NCBI GenBank assembly: GCA_038867695.1
Contig: JAWBXT010000001.1
Location: forward strand, 169-64,168
DNA from: Thermoproteota archaeon
GTDB lineage: Archaea > Thermoproteota > EX4484-205 > JAAOZP01
Reading direction: 5' to 3'
DNA: 64,000 nt
A model generated the notes under the pieces. It searched no databases and was not told the DNA's origin. It saw only the letters and a list, made by a program, of their open reading frames with translations. Every line of letters begins with the position of its first letter. Within the stretch, counting starts at the first letter, position 1. The position numbers were made by a program, and so were the translations under genes. Shown piece by piece: positions 19,251-29,875 of the stretch.

Positions 19251-21005
19251 CAATAGGAATGTTAATAGTATTGTGGAAATAATTAAAATATAAATCAATT
19301 TTTCACAGAATTCCACAAAATTCTCAATTATTTTAAAAATCCCTCCCGTAACCTTAACACCATTTACCTTTCCGACCCAAGCTTTTGCCGAGTATGACGA
19401 AAGACTTCCAATTGCATTGTTAATAGATTTTACACAATATTCTAGTAGAATCTCTCTCCTTGTTTTAAAACCAATTGGAAAATACCCTCTCTTAGCTTTT
19501 CTAATTCCCGTTAAAAGATGCGTATCAGTCGTAACGATTTCTAATGTCGATAGATTTAGCAAATTCTTAAGATTCTCGACAAGGTAATTACGTAAGCCAG
19601 CGACCATATTGTTTCCGTCGATTACCACAATAGCATGGTTTTCATCCTCGGCTTTAAAAACTAGGGTTGATATTCCTCCTGGCCCTATTTCTTCCTTTGG
19701 GAGTATGGCGGGACGAATCCTATCAAACCCGATTTTAAAACTTTTTGGAGATGATTTCTGTAAGCATTCTAACGCATTATTTAATAGTCTAGCGAACGTC
19801 TCTTCATCAGGATCCGATACTTTCCAGCTTGAGGGGTCAATCGAGTTATGTGCGTCAATAATTATCAATGGGATAAAACCATAGCGACTCACAACACTTG
19901 AAAATAGTGGAAACCATCTTGGAGGAAGATCTTCCATAGAATGTCCTGGGCAGGATAGTAAAACGATGCAGTAAGAGAATATACGAAGCAAGGTAACGCA
20001 ATATCCCTCAGCCTCCTTTTGAATTACGTTTGCACGATAATCTTCTAAGTACTTTGCAGAATTTAACGCCTCTATCATTTCTTTCTTAATTTTTTCAACT
20101 ACCCTCCAAGAAGAAAGATTAAAACTGTGATCTGATAAATTACGGAGTAAGAGCATTCTAAGACTACTGTCCTCAAGTTCATTAATTAAACGACTTGGTA
20201 ATGAACTGCTTCCGACCGTACCAAATGGCCCGAAATGGGCCGATAAGCCGAATATCGATAAGTTTGTTCCATCTTCAAGAGTAAAGAGAAGTAGCGATAA
20301 TTCTAGATTCTTCTCCTCACATATTTCCTCAAGAACGTTTTCAAATGGTTCAGAATTCTTGTTTAAATAATATTCTAAATAAGCTTGGAATATCTTTAAG
20401 GGACTTATTGGAGCATTTTTCTTCCATTTAATGCTTATAATAAACAGGAAAAGTATGCTAGTAGAGAAAGATATTACGAGTGGCAATATTATGTTGACCC
20501 ATTTTTTCATTGCTATTAAGCTTAATACGAGCCAACGAGAAGATTGTAAGAATAAGTGAAGTAGAGATATTACAAAAACAATATGAATACTTTTTCTTAA
20601 GAAGCCTAACATTACGAGTGTAGTGATGAAAGAGGATAATGCTATACCCAGTGAAGTCAAGAAGAATGCTGTAAAACAAGAGTTCTGATTAAGAGTAAGA
20701 GTAAAAATCCATCCTACGAAAAAAAGTAGTGCAAAAATAAATTCTTGGACGGATTGAAGCGCTAGGAGTCTTCGGAAAGTAAAAATCCTATCTCCTTGGA
20801 AAAAAATCTTGTGAACGAACATTGAGCATAAGAGAGGCGAAAATATCAATATTGATATCTGTGGGGCAGCTCTTAGAATGGGGCAAGAATATAATAGAAA
20901 TATTAAAATTATTGTTTCCAAAAACAGGTTTATAAATATTATTACACGTAGAGACGGAAATGAGAAGAGGAACTTAACATAACGAGATGCATCTCCGGAG
21001 GACAA
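19233..21005 (-). CDS. DUF2070-family membrane protein
   Basis: N-terminal TM segments; HFGPFGTVGSS, DAHN, DGNN, TTDTH motifs. Confidence 0.8.
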   Translation of the reverse strand: MSSGDASRYVKFLFSFPSLRVIIFINLFLETIILIFLLYSCPILRAAPQISILIFSPLLCSMFVHKIFFQGDRIFTFRRLLALQSVQEFIFALLFFVGWIFTLTLNQNSCFTAFFLTSLGIALSSFITTLVMLGFLRKSIHIVFVISLLHLFLQSSRWLVLSLIAMKKWVNIILPLVISFSTSILFLFIISIKWKKNAPISPLKIFQAYLEYYLNKNSEPFENVLEEICEEKNLELSLLLFTLEDGTNLSIFGLSAHFGPFGTVGSSSLPSRLINELEDSSLRMLLLRNLSDHSFNLSSWRVVEKIKKEMIEALNSAKYLEDYRANVIQKEAEGYCVTLLRIFSYCIVLLSCPGHSMEDLPPRWFPLFSSVVSRYGFIPLIIIDAHNSIDPSSWKVSDPDEETFARLLNNALECLQKSSPKSFKIGFDRIRPAILPKEEIGPGGISTLVFKAEDENHAIVVIDGNNMVAGLRNYLVENLKNLLNLSTLEIVTTDTHLLTGIRKAKRGYFPIGFKTRREILLEYCVKSINNAIGSLSSYSAKAWVGKVNGVKVTGGIFKIIENFVEFCEKLIYILIISTILLTFLLLLSFF

Positions 21006-21009
21006 TCTT

Positions 21010-21195
21010 CTATATTCCTAAGACTAGCAATAATATGCTAAGTGCTATGAATATTGTTGAGAAAACAACTATAATTATAGGTTTTATCTGGAATCCCCTT
21101 CCTCTTTCTCCAAGAGTACTAAATAATCCTGCAGTTCCTGCGGGAAGGCGCGTAGACCTCCGGTCTCCCTTCTTTTTTGCGCGTTCTTCAGGCAT
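21010..21195 (-). CDS. secG: Preprotein translocase Sec61beta/SecG subunit
   Basis: Basic N-terminus, 'TAGLF', 'IKP' followed by a C-terminal TM helix. Confidence 0.8.
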   Translation of the reverse strand: MPEERAKKKGDRRSTRLPAGTAGLFSTLGERGRGFQIKPIIIVVFSTIFIALSILLLVLGI

Positions 21196-21297
21196 TTATA
21201 CCCGTAATTATTTCATTCTTAGGGTAAATAAACCTTTATCTTAATCAGCTCAAGTTAAAAAAGATAAAAACTTACTACTATCTTGAATCCTAGGTAG

Positions 21298-22782
21298 TTG
21301 AGTCAGAACGAGACAATTATAAAGAGAAGGATATTGGCAGAGGCAACGCGCTTAGGGATGCTTCTAAACCCAGAGGCGCTTTCAATACTTGTCGAAAAAT
21401 ATGATGAGAAATCTATTCATACAGTTCTAAACAAACTGGCTGAAGAAGCTAAGAAAGAGGGGAGTACTATTGTTGTCTCAAAAGAAGCTGTAGAAAAAAT
21501 TATTAGCAAAAGTGAAAAAAGCGAGGTATCAATAGGGGTACATCATCATGTTTTAGCTAAGGATATTGAAGAAAGGATTGAGATTTTAAAATCCTATGAT
21601 GCTAAGAATGTCTCAGATGATCTTGAAGCTAGGAGACAATATTTCGTTAATAGGTATTCAAAGATCTCTTCAATACTAAGAAGCAGAGCAGATATGGTTC
21701 CTTATTACTCGTTAAGAAAAGCACGTAGCCTTCCAGACCGCTCAGAGGGGAAGACCATAGTTATGGTATACGAAAAACGTGAGAATTATCTTATAGTTGA
21801 GGATATGGATTTCACTACTAAGGTAATGATTCCTAAGGATTGTGGTAGGGATTTAAGAGATAAGATCGGTAGGCTTTTACCCGATTCAGTGGTTGGAATA
21901 TCCTTCTACGTCTCTAACTCTAGGCTTTTCTGCAAGTCTTTGATTTTTCCAGATGTACCGATAAAGAGGTTTAAGTCCACCGAGGAAGACGTATCAGTCC
22001 TCCTAACCTCAGACATCCATTATGGGAGCCAAAAGTTCTCTGAAAAAGCCTTCATGAGAATGGTCAAATGGCTGAGGGAAGGAGGGCCTACTGAGAGGGA
22101 AAAGGAGCTATCTTCTAAGATCAAGTATGTGATTATAGCAGGAGACCTTGTAGACGGTGTTGGAATTTACCCTCAGCAAGAAAAAGAGTTGAAGGTAAGG
22201 GATGTGGATAAACAGTATACGGGGCTTTCAAGCCTTCTGAGCCAAATACCAGAATACGTCAGAATTATAGTGATACCTGGAAATCATGATGCAGCTCCAC
22301 GGGCTATTCCCCAGCCTCCCATATTCCACGAGTACGCTGAAAGGTTTAAGGATAGTGGAAACATTATCTCGCTTAGCAATCCTTGCGTAGTCTCGTTACA
22401 TGGTGTTAAGTTCCTAGTCTACCACGGCACAAGTATAGAGGATATTGCAACCTTCGCTAAAAATGCTAGTTATGACAGGCCTGAGAACGCTATGGAGATC
22501 ATGCTTCAACTTAGACATTTAGCACCAGTATACGGATCTCGAACCCCTCTATTGGCACATTATCAAGACGAACTTGTCATAGATGAGGTCCCCGATGTAT
22601 TACACACTGGCCACGTACACGTTTTCAGGAATGGGATTTATAGGGAGATCAGGCTTGTTAATAGTGGAACATGGCAAGAAAGAACAAAGTATCAGGAACA
22701 GCTTGGAATATTGCCCACTCCGAATATTGCTGCAGTACTCATGCTTAAGAACGGCTCTGTTTCTCCGATAAAATTTGCTTAA
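21298..22782 (+). CDS. DNA polymerase D small subunit DP1
   Basis: SDIHYGS; AGDLVDGVGIYP; PGNHD; YHG; HLAP; HTGHVH; NSGTWQ. Confidence 0.93.
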   Translation: MSQNETIIKRRILAEATRLGMLLNPEALSILVEKYDEKSIHTVLNKLAEEAKKEGSTIVVSKEAVEKIISKSEKSEVSIGVHHHVLAKDIEERIEILKSYDAKNVSDDLEARRQYFVNRYSKISSILRSRADMVPYYSLRKARSLPDRSEGKTIVMVYEKRENYLIVEDMDFTTKVMIPKDCGRDLRDKIGRLLPDSVVGISFYVSNSRLFCKSLIFPDVPIKRFKSTEEDVSVLLTSDIHYGSQKFSEKAFMRMVKWLREGGPTEREKELSSKIKYVIIAGDLVDGVGIYPQQEKELKVRDVDKQYTGLSSLLSQIPEYVRIIVIPGNHDAAPRAIPQPPIFHEYAERFKDSGNIISLSNPCVVSLHGVKFLVYHGTSIEDIATFAKNASYDRPENAMEIMLQLRHLAPVYGSRTPLLAHYQDELVIDEVPDVLHTGHVHVFRNGIYREIRLVNSGTWQERTKYQEQLGILPTPNIAAVLMLKNGSVSPIKFA

Positions 22783-22784
22783 AC

Positions 22785-23516
22785 CTATTCTACTCCCATG
22801 ATCTTAAGGTATAGAAGAGTTGAGGTAAGCAGTACTGAAACGAGGCAGAGAAGATAGTCCCCTCTTTTAAACTTTAAAAGCTTGTAGCTTGTTCTCTTAG
22901 GTAGAGCCCCAAAAGCCCTAACCTCCATTGCGTCAGCAATTTCGTAAGTTCTCCTTATGGTTCCGACGAGAAGAGGTATGAGTATCGGCATAAGGTTTCT
23001 TATTCTCGTCCTGAATCCACCTTTCTCAAGCTCCAGCCCACGTGAACGCTGAGCGTCGTATATTGATTGAAACTCATCGTAGATAACAGGTATGAATCGA
23101 ATAGCCATTACGAAAGAGAATGTTAATTCCAAGGGGACCTTTGCTGCACTCATGGCTCTTCCAATATCCTCTGGTGTTGACGATAAGAAAAACCAAGACA
23201 TTGATGATGATAATACTATAAGTCTTATTGAAAGCACAAATCCTGTGAAGAGTGTTCCACCGAAGAATATTTGAGTAATAAATATTATTGCAAAGAAGAA
23301 CACGAGCCCTCTTAATGAGTAGACCCATTCCTTGAGAGCCTTAGCTAACCAAAGCAAAACTATTTGTAACATTAGGATCGCGGTAAGTACGCGTATATCG
23401 AGAAAAACTACTGAAAACAACATTAATACTATTGATAGTATAAATTTAGATCGGGGATCCAGTCTGTGGATTGAAGAATCCTTCCTCTTGTATTTGAACG
23501 CTTTTAAGAACGACAC
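22785..23516 (-). CDS. ecfT: ECF transporter T component
   Basis: LDPRSK; RFIP; AQRSRG; AMEVRAF. Confidence 0.9.
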   Translation of the reverse strand: MSFLKAFKYKRKDSSIHRLDPRSKFILSIVLMLFSVVFLDIRVLTAILMLQIVLLWLAKALKEWVYSLRGLVFFFAIIFITQIFFGGTLFTGFVLSIRLIVLSSSMSWFFLSSTPEDIGRAMSAAKVPLELTFSFVMAIRFIPVIYDEFQSIYDAQRSRGLELEKGGFRTRIRNLMPILIPLLVGTIRRTYEIADAMEVRAFGALPKRTSYKLLKFKRGDYLLCLVSVLLTSTLLYLKIMGVE

Positions 23517-24403
23517 TTATGAAACACCTTTATCAGAAAATTGCTTATCTCGTTGAAGTCTTCTTCGACAATTGGAAGACCAAGCTCTTCTTCAAGCTCA
23601 ATTAAGAAAGGTTTTCTTAAAGACGCTCTCTCTATCACATCTTGATTCGAAAGAAGCTCGCGTAGACAGCCGTCTCCAATTACTTCACCCCTGCTTAAAA
23701 CTACTGCTCTTTTGCACAGGTTTGCAACAAAATCAACATCATGAGTGATAATTATGATGCTTCTACCCTCGGAAACTAAACTTCTGAGAACTTTTTGAAT
23801 ATTCATCCTTTGAGCATAATCCATACCTATCGTTGGCTCATCCAGTATCAACAGCTCTGGATGCCAAACCATTATAGATGCGATTGCTAACCTTTTCTTC
23901 TCTCCACCACTTAGTTGAAAAGGACTTCTACCCCTATACTCTTCTAATCCGAATGTTTTAAGGACTTCATTGACATTTCTCTCGGTTTCATCCTCAGAAA
24001 AACCGAAGTTCCTTAGGCCGAACTTAATCTCCTCTTCAACACTCTCTGCAAAAAACTGATGATCGGGGTTATGACAAACAAAACCTATTTTCCTAGCTAT
24101 TTTAGCAACCGAGAGGTTTCTAGTATCTACACCGTCGATTTTAACGTTTCCCTGAGTTGGCTTAAGTAGACCATTGATGTTTTTAGCAAGCGTGGTTTTG
24201 CCCGCACCGTTTTCACCCAGTATGGCTATGCTCTCTCCCTCTTTAATACTGAGATTAATATTTTTCAGAGCATAGTTTTCAGCATCTGGATACTTAAAGA
24301 AAAGATTCTCGACAACTATTTCGACCAACTCTTTTTTCACCCGTCTTTTCTTAAATAAGAGAAGAGCTCCTTGATATTGTTTGGAGGCTTTTCTAAACCA
24401 CAT
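23504..24403 (-). CDS. ECF transporter ATPase
   Basis: GENGAGKT; NPDHQFF; LSGGEKKR; DEPT. Confidence 0.9.
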   Translation of the reverse strand: MWFRKASKQYQGALLLFKKRRVKKELVEIVVENLFFKYPDAENYALKNINLSIKEGESIAILGENGAGKTTLAKNINGLLKPTQGNVKIDGVDTRNLSVAKIARKIGFVCHNPDHQFFAESVEEEIKFGLRNFGFSEDETERNVNEVLKTFGLEEYRGRSPFQLSGGEKKRLAIASIMVWHPELLILDEPTIGMDYAQRMNIQKVLRSLVSEGRSIIIITHDVDFVANLCKRAVVLSRGEVIGDGCLRELLSNQDVIERASLRKPFLIELEEELGLPIVEEDFNEISNFLIKVFHKCRS

Positions 24404-25236
24404 CTTTCCTTGATCCTGAAATATACATGGAGAAGAGGTGGAATGTTTATCGGAATTCCTCTTTTAAAGCTCTCACTGAGGACTACTAGGGGGTCGCCAT
24501 CGAGAACTATTCTACCATCTGACACTACGATCATTCTTGAAATGTAATTAAGAAGTAGGTTAATCCTATGCTCTATAATTATTAGTGTTATTTTCCTCCC
24601 TTTTTCCTCAAGACTTCTCTTAAGCCTGAAAATGCTTTGAATTAGGTTGATTGAAGAAGAAGGATCCAGCATAGAAGTAGGCTCGTCAAAAATTATCAGA
24701 GAGGGACGCATGGAAAGTATAGATGCGATGGCTGTCTTCTGTTGTTCTCCACCCGAGAGATTGTTTGGAGAAAGATACCTAAGATGCTCTATTCCAACAA
24801 GCCTGAGTGATTCATCAACTCTATTGTGTATCTCGTCTGGAGGGAGAGCAAGGTTTTCAGGTCCGAATGCGACATCATCCTCTACACTGAATGTAAACAG
24901 TTGATTTTCAGGATTCTGAAAGACTATTCCACAGCCTGTTGCAATTTTACTCACAGGATTCTCCCATATGTTCATACCCAGGACATAAGCCTCGCCGCTG
25001 AATTCTCCTCCATAACTATGCGGTATTAGGCCCATAATTATTCTGGCTATTGTAGACTTCCCGCAACCTGATGGCCCCGTTATAAGTACACTCTCTCCCT
25101 CTTCAATTTTAAGGTTGATATTAGATAACACGTTCCTCTCAGAACCAGCATATCGGAAGCTTACGTTTCTCAGGTCAACTACGTTCATTATCAGTTTTGA
25201 CCCAAGATTAAGGAATGGTTTAAAAAGTCTTTGCAC
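24337..25236 (-). CDS. ECF transporter ATPase
   Basis: GPSGCGKS; FQNPENQ; LSGGEQQK; DEPTSMLD. Confidence 0.9.
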   Translation of the reverse strand: MQRLFKPFLNLGSKLIMNVVDLRNVSFRYAGSERNVLSNINLKIEEGESVLITGPSGCGKSTIARIIMGLIPHSYGGEFSGEAYVLGMNIWENPVSKIATGCGIVFQNPENQLFTFSVEDDVAFGPENLALPPDEIHNRVDESLRLVGIEHLRYLSPNNLSGGEQQKTAIASILSMRPSLIIFDEPTSMLDPSSSINLIQSIFRLKRSLEEKGRKITLIIIEHRINLLLNYISRMIVVSDGRIVLDGDPLVVLSESFKRGIPINIPPLLHVYFRIKERCGLEKPPNNIKELFSYLRKDG

Positions 25237-25249
25237 CTCATTTAGTTTT

Positions 25250-25615
25250 TCAAGCAGAGAGACTGCCTCTGCCCGATGAAAGAGCGGTTTTCAACTCGTT
25301 TTCAAGTTCGTTAACCCTTTCCCTAATTTTGCTCTCCTGTCTTTCGATTGCACTTAACCTGACTTTAACAAGTTCCTTTTGCTCGTTCAGTTCATTTATC
25401 AAATCTGTTTTACTTTTCCTAATTAGAATCCTACCCGTTATTCTGTATACCGGCGTGTTTTCATCAATAGAAGATAATTCTTGTAGGGCGGATTCTAATT
25501 CTCTAGCCTCCAGCTTAGCCTGCTCCTTCTGAATGAATAAGGATTCTAGGGTTTGCTGAAGCTGTTGAAGCCTGGAGAGCTTCTCCTGTAATTGAAGAGG
25601 CAGTTCCTGCGACAT
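25250..25615 (-). CDS. pfdB: Prefoldin beta subunit
   Basis: Coiled coil with the 'VYRITGRILI' hairpin; exosome superoperon position. Confidence 0.9.
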   Translation of the reverse strand: MSQELPLQLQEKLSRLQQLQQTLESLFIQKEQAKLEARELESALQELSSIDENTPVYRITGRILIRKSKTDLINELNEQKELVKVRLSAIERQESKIRERVNELENELKTALSSGRGSLSA

Positions 25616-25674
25616 TGACTTCCACCTTATTTACTGGAAGGTACTTAAAAATATATGTTTAAGGCGTAAAGCCT

Positions 25675-25917
25675 CTAAACGGCTTCTAGGAGGAGAGCGA
25701 CTTGTTCTGCCATGTTAATTAGACCTAAGATATTCCTGAGTTTTTCAGCTACTTTAGAGGGTTTATTACCCCTAAGGAGCAACAATAGCTTATTGTTGAG
25801 AGTCTTTACACGCATCCCGATTCTTGACTCCTCAATCACTTCTTGCAAACAAGCCTTATAAATTATAGCAGGCATATACTCATCATCATATTTAAGAACT
25901 AGTTTAACCCTTATCAT
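25675..25917 (-). CDS. KEOPS subunit Pcc1-like protein
   Basis: 80 aa, '...AIIYKACLQE...'; lies between L37Ae and prefoldin beta. Confidence 0.65.
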   Translation of the reverse strand: MIRVKLVLKYDDEYMPAIIYKACLQEVIEESRIGMRVKTLNNKLLLLLRGNKPSKVAEKLRNILGLINMAEQVALLLEAV

Positions 25918-26181
25918 CTAGATTTCGGCCTTAACGCCTGCAGCCCTAGCAGCAGCCTCGCCTATTTTAGTAAATGGTTCGTATGCTCCTCCGGCAAAGG
26001 TATAATCGCATTTTCTGCAGCTCCAAATACCTACGCTAAGCCTTTTTAGGACACCGGTCCCGCATCTAGGACAGTTATAAACAGCACGCCTTTTCTTTAA
26101 AACCTGCATATATCTCTCTCTTAATGAGAAGCCGTACTTTACACCTAGGGCTCCGGATATTTTCTTCCTAGTCATTTCCAC
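25918..26181 (-). CDS. rpl37ae: 50S ribosomal protein L37Ae
   Basis: KYGFSLR; CPRC...GIWSCRKC; FAGGAYEP. Confidence 0.95.
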   Translation of the reverse strand: MEMTRKKISGALGVKYGFSLRERYMQVLKKRRAVYNCPRCGTGVLKRLSVGIWSCRKCDYTFAGGAYEPFTKIGEAAARAAGVKAEI

Positions 26182-26992
26182 TGAGCTGGCTATATGCGAC
26201 TCTTCTTAACTCTTTCCCCAGAGTTATTGACCTCTCTAAAAGCTCCAAAAAGCTTCTTGGCGGAATCATACCTCCTCCGTTTTTCTGTATCGCACAGAAC
26301 CTGTCGTCGGACTTAACCGTCATGGAGATAGTAAAGTCTGAAGCATATTCCTCGTTCAGACATGGATCTACAACGTACTTGTCTCCAAAGAAAGCGTATG
26401 TTATCGAGACGGGGTGGTCCTTAAGCTCAAGCTTGAAGTATTCGTCTAGTTTCTTAACATTCTGTCCTTCAACACTATATTTTGGAAGCATCGTGGTGCC
26501 AAGAGCATTTACACTCGCTATAACCGAAGCATCTATCAAGTTACCATCATAATCAAGGATGTAGAGGTCTATGTATAGAGAATAAACAGACCTACCGGGA
26601 ATTATACAGAGTGAAGAGAGATCTATCGTTTTAGACTCTCTGATACTTCTATCAACATATCGAGCTAGAGATATTGATTCCTCCGATGGGGGCCCTGGTT
26701 CGAAGACTGGTGAAGCTAAGGGAACTAGCTCAGCGTTCACGATCAGAATACCCTCATTCGGAGTATCTGCAAAGGGTAATGCTACGCCTACTTTAACAGC
26801 AGCCAGAATCTTAGTGTTGCCAAGTTCTACGAATGCGGAGCCTTCTGCTTTCTCGATATAACCTAGCCGTATATTTATATTCCTGTATTGAAGAAGGTTT
26901 CTTCCATCGACCCTCTTATTCTCAGCTAATAGTTTATAAAGCTCCTGTTTCTCAAGCTTTGAGAGAAGGGGTCTCTGCTCAGTTATGGACAT
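26168..26992 (-). CDS. rrp42: Exosome subunit Rrp42
   Basis: RVDGR; AEGSA; FEPGPP; DGNLIDA. Confidence 0.93.
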   Translation of the reverse strand: MSITEQRPLLSKLEKQELYKLLAENKRVDGRNLLQYRNINIRLGYIEKAEGSAFVELGNTKILAAVKVGVALPFADTPNEGILIVNAELVPLASPVFEPGPPSEESISLARYVDRSIRESKTIDLSSLCIIPGRSVYSLYIDLYILDYDGNLIDASVIASVNALGTTMLPKYSVEGQNVKKLDEYFKLELKDHPVSITYAFFGDKYVVDPCLNEEYASDFTISMTVKSDDRFCAIQKNGGGMIPPRSFLELLERSITLGKELRRVAYSQLSGND

Positions 26993-27720
26993 TAAACTTC
27001 CCTCCGCGAAATCGAAAACCTCTCTTTTAATGCGTCAACTTGCATCTTGTGAATCTTCTGCGTAGCAGTTATAGCTAGAGATAGCGCTTGCTCAATTTCT
27101 TCTTTCGACATTATTCCATCCATTTGGAGCAATGTAATCCTATCGAGAGTCGGGTTGTAAGCAATAGGCATATCTGCCTCACCATACTTGTCTTCAAGAT
27201 CATTAAGGTCTACTATTACTTTTCCGTCAGCTTTTCCAACCGCACAGGCCGCAGTTAATCCCCTTAATGGTATACCAGCATCTGCAAGAGCTAAGACTGC
27301 TGCTGTTAAACCGGCGCAACGAGTACCTCCGTCGGCTTGTAAAACCTCTATGAAAATATCTATTACGGTTCTTGGGAATAGAGAAGTCATAACAAGCGGT
27401 TCAAGAGAATTTCTAATGATCATTGAAAGCTCTATTTCCCTTCTGCTTGGTGCAGGGCTCTTTCTCTCCGATGTTGAGAAAGGCGCCATATGATACCTGC
27501 ATCTAAGAATACATCTGTCCGGTAACGAGATATGCTTAGGAAGAGCTTCCTTTGGGCCGTATACTGCTGCTAATATCTTATTTTTGCCCTGCTCAATATA
27601 AGCTGAGCCTTGGGCATTGGATAATACGCCAACCCTAATCTTAATCGGCCTAAGCTCGTCCAGAGCCCTATCGTCTATTCTCCTCCCATTCTCTTTAAAC
27701 AGACTTATTTTCTCCCCCAT
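26992..27720 (-). CDS. rrp41: Exosome subunit Rrp41
   Basis: YHMAPFS; RREIELS; QADGGTR; GEADMP. Confidence 0.95.
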   Translation of the reverse strand: MGEKISLFKENGRRIDDRALDELRPIKIRVGVLSNAQGSAYIEQGKNKILAAVYGPKEALPKHISLPDRCILRCRYHMAPFSTSERKSPAPSRREIELSMIIRNSLEPLVMTSLFPRTVIDIFIEVLQADGGTRCAGLTAAVLALADAGIPLRGLTAACAVGKADGKVIVDLNDLEDKYGEADMPIAYNPTLDRITLLQMDGIMSKEEIEQALSLAITATQKIHKMQVDALKERFSISRREV

Positions 27721-27724
27721 ATCT

Positions 27725-28423
27725 CTACGACTTCCTTCCTACGAGTAATGCTTCAACCCTCTCGGTTAACCCATATATATGTGATTCCCTTTCCACCATA
27801 TCTATCACACTTCTAATCTTTACAATAATGTTGCTATCCTCAGAGTGCACTATTATACGGCCATTCTGGCCTACTGTAAGCTTAACCCCAGTTGCCCGCT
27901 CTATGACAGATAGCATAGATCCTTTCTTACCTATTAGACGCGGGACTTTAGACGCGGTTATGTTCAGAAGAGCCCCGCTTGAAACTACTCCAAGCCCCTT
28001 ACCCTTCATCGTTATTACCGGAGATGAGAATATTGACGCATCCTTTACAATCCCGGTTATAACCACCCCGTTCTCCAGGATTCTACCGATGTTATCTCTT
28101 GATAATCGGATCCTTTTCTCAGGGTATTCTGAGATGGGTAGAAAAGCTAGGAATGGGGAGTTTATATCTACGGTCCAGCCTGCTATATTAGGCTCTTTAA
28201 CAATCCCAATTACAAGATCTCCCACTCTGGGCTGATAGAAAGATTTCAACGAGATAACATCCAAGCGTTTCCCGTCCGCCCTGACTATTCCGACTGTTGT
28301 TGCGAAAATCCTGTCTGAGATTTTTAGCGTATTCGTACCCGGAATATAGAACCTACCTTCCCCTACCAGTTCACCCGGAACAACTATGGGCCTCTGCCTC
28401 TGCTGCTCATTGCCTTGAGACAA
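27725..28423 (-). CDS. rrp4: Exosome RNA-binding subunit Rrp4
   Basis: VVPGE; YQPRVGDLVIG (S1); VPRLIGKKGSM (KH). Confidence 0.93.
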   Translation of the reverse strand: MSQGNEQQRQRPIVVPGELVGEGRFYIPGTNTLKISDRIFATTVGIVRADGKRLDVISLKSFYQPRVGDLVIGIVKEPNIAGWTVDINSPFLAFLPISEYPEKRIRLSRDNIGRILENGVVITGIVKDASIFSSPVITMKGKGLGVVSSGALLNITASKVPRLIGKKGSMLSVIERATGVKLTVGQNGRIIVHSEDSNIIVKIRSVIDMVERESHIYGLTERVEALLVGRKS

Positions 28424-28465
28424 TTCTAAACCTCCTTAGCGTCCTCCAGTATGTTAAGCAGGTTA

Positions 28466-29155
28466 TCACGCCCCTATATCAACTTTTACTTTATCTCCGT
28501 ATTTCTCATTCAGCTTTTCAAGGAAGTACGACATTAAGACAGAAGGGATTCTAGCCGATATTTTCACACTCCTATCCTTCTGGGCTTTAGTATGGTCAAC
28601 CTCGCCGAAGGAGTTTAGGAAACCGTATACGTCAGTAGATTCTTCCTGTTGACACGTTAATGTTAAAGAAACTTCATTAACCTTAAACTGCAGGATTTGT
28701 CTCAGCGCCTTGATGACATTCTTGATCTGTTCCTCAGGAGGTTTAAAAGGGTCTATTGAGATACCGATTTGATTAAGGGCTTGCTCAATCCTAAGGGAGG
28801 GGATCGGGTTTCCCAGCGAGGGGTCGAGAAGAGTTTTTGAAAGCATTGCTATCGTTTGTTGTCTTTTGCTTTCAATCATTCTACGCCTTTGCTCGCTTGT
28901 AAGCTGGAGCTCTCCTTCCAGTAGTATTTTTTCAGCTATCTTAAAGACATCTGTTGTTCCAAAGAATTTTTTCAACTTCTCCGAAGAAACTCGGAGCCCC
29001 TTCTTAGAATCCGAGTAAACCTCATCTACTAAAAGGATTTTTCTTATGTCACCCTTGCCTGTAAGCTTAAAATTCAAGGCAGGATCTGGAGCAACAATTA
29101 TCTCAAATTTTTCACCCCGTATAGAAAGCCTGCTTACAGTAGATTGTTTACTCAA
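28466..29155 (-). CDS. Ribosome maturation factor SBDS/Sdo1
   Basis: GEKFEIIV; KKG; GELQLTSEQRR. Confidence 0.92.
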   Translation of the reverse strand: MSKQSTVSRLSIRGEKFEIIVAPDPALNFKLTGKGDIRKILLVDEVYSDSKKGLRVSSEKLKKFFGTTDVFKIAEKILLEGELQLTSEQRRRMIESKRQQTIAMLSKTLLDPSLGNPIPSLRIEQALNQIGISIDPFKPPEEQIKNVIKALRQILQFKVNEVSLTLTCQQEESTDVYGFLNSFGEVDHTKAQKDRSVKISARIPSVLMSYFLEKLNEKYGDKVKVDIGA

Positions 29156-29162
29156 TTCTGAT

Positions 29163-29867
29163 CTACTTCGCCTTCTCGTAATATTTCTTTACTTCTTCAT
29201 AACTTAGAACTCTAAACTTCTTATCGTCAGTCCTAATTATTCCAATTCTAAGCCTGTCCGGAGCTACTTCTTCTTTCAAAACTTCAATGCTCCCTCTGAT
29301 CCCCATTATTATCGCCTCATCCAAGTTCGCATTAATCGAATAGTTGTTTCTAAAGTACTTTAATATATCTTCCCTTCCCACGCCAATTGCCGAAGCGAAG
29401 TACTTGAAGTATATTCCGGTAGGATCCAACTGGTAAAGGCTTGCTCCAAGCATGTCAACACCGCCTATAAGCATTGAAATACCGAAGGGCCTCATCCCAG
29501 CGTGCTGAGTATAGGCCTGTACGGTATTGCTTAGCTTCCTCACAAGATACTCTACATCCATGGGCTCATCGTACAGAAGCCTGTTTATCTGCGCCTCGTT
29601 CCTAGCATACTCTACTAGGAGCCTAGCGTCAGAGTTAAATCCTGCAACCACCGTAGCTATGTGTTCATCTATTTGGAAAAGCTTCTGACTGAAAGTCCTG
29701 TCCTGAAGCATATCTATCCTTTTCTCTATACCAGCAAGTACAATGCCCTCTTCAACCTGTATACCCCATGCTGTAGGGCTGTTATTAACCATCACCATCG
29801 CATAGTCTACTTGAAGGATTCTTCCATCAGGCGAAAAACCGTATATTCGCTCGTAACCAGGTATCAT
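29163..29867 (-). CDS. psmA: Proteasome alpha subunit
   Basis: FSPDGRILQVDYA; YTQHAGMRPFG. Confidence 0.95.
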   Translation of the reverse strand: MIPGYERIYGFSPDGRILQVDYAMVMVNNSPTAWGIQVEEGIVLAGIEKRIDMLQDRTFSQKLFQIDEHIATVVAGFNSDARLLVEYARNEAQINRLLYDEPMDVEYLVRKLSNTVQAYTQHAGMRPFGISMLIGGVDMLGASLYQLDPTGIYFKYFASAIGVGREDILKYFRNNYSINANLDEAIIMGIRGSIEVLKEEVAPDRLRIGIIRTDDKKFRVLSYEEVKKYYEKAK

Positions 29868-29875
29868 GATCCTTT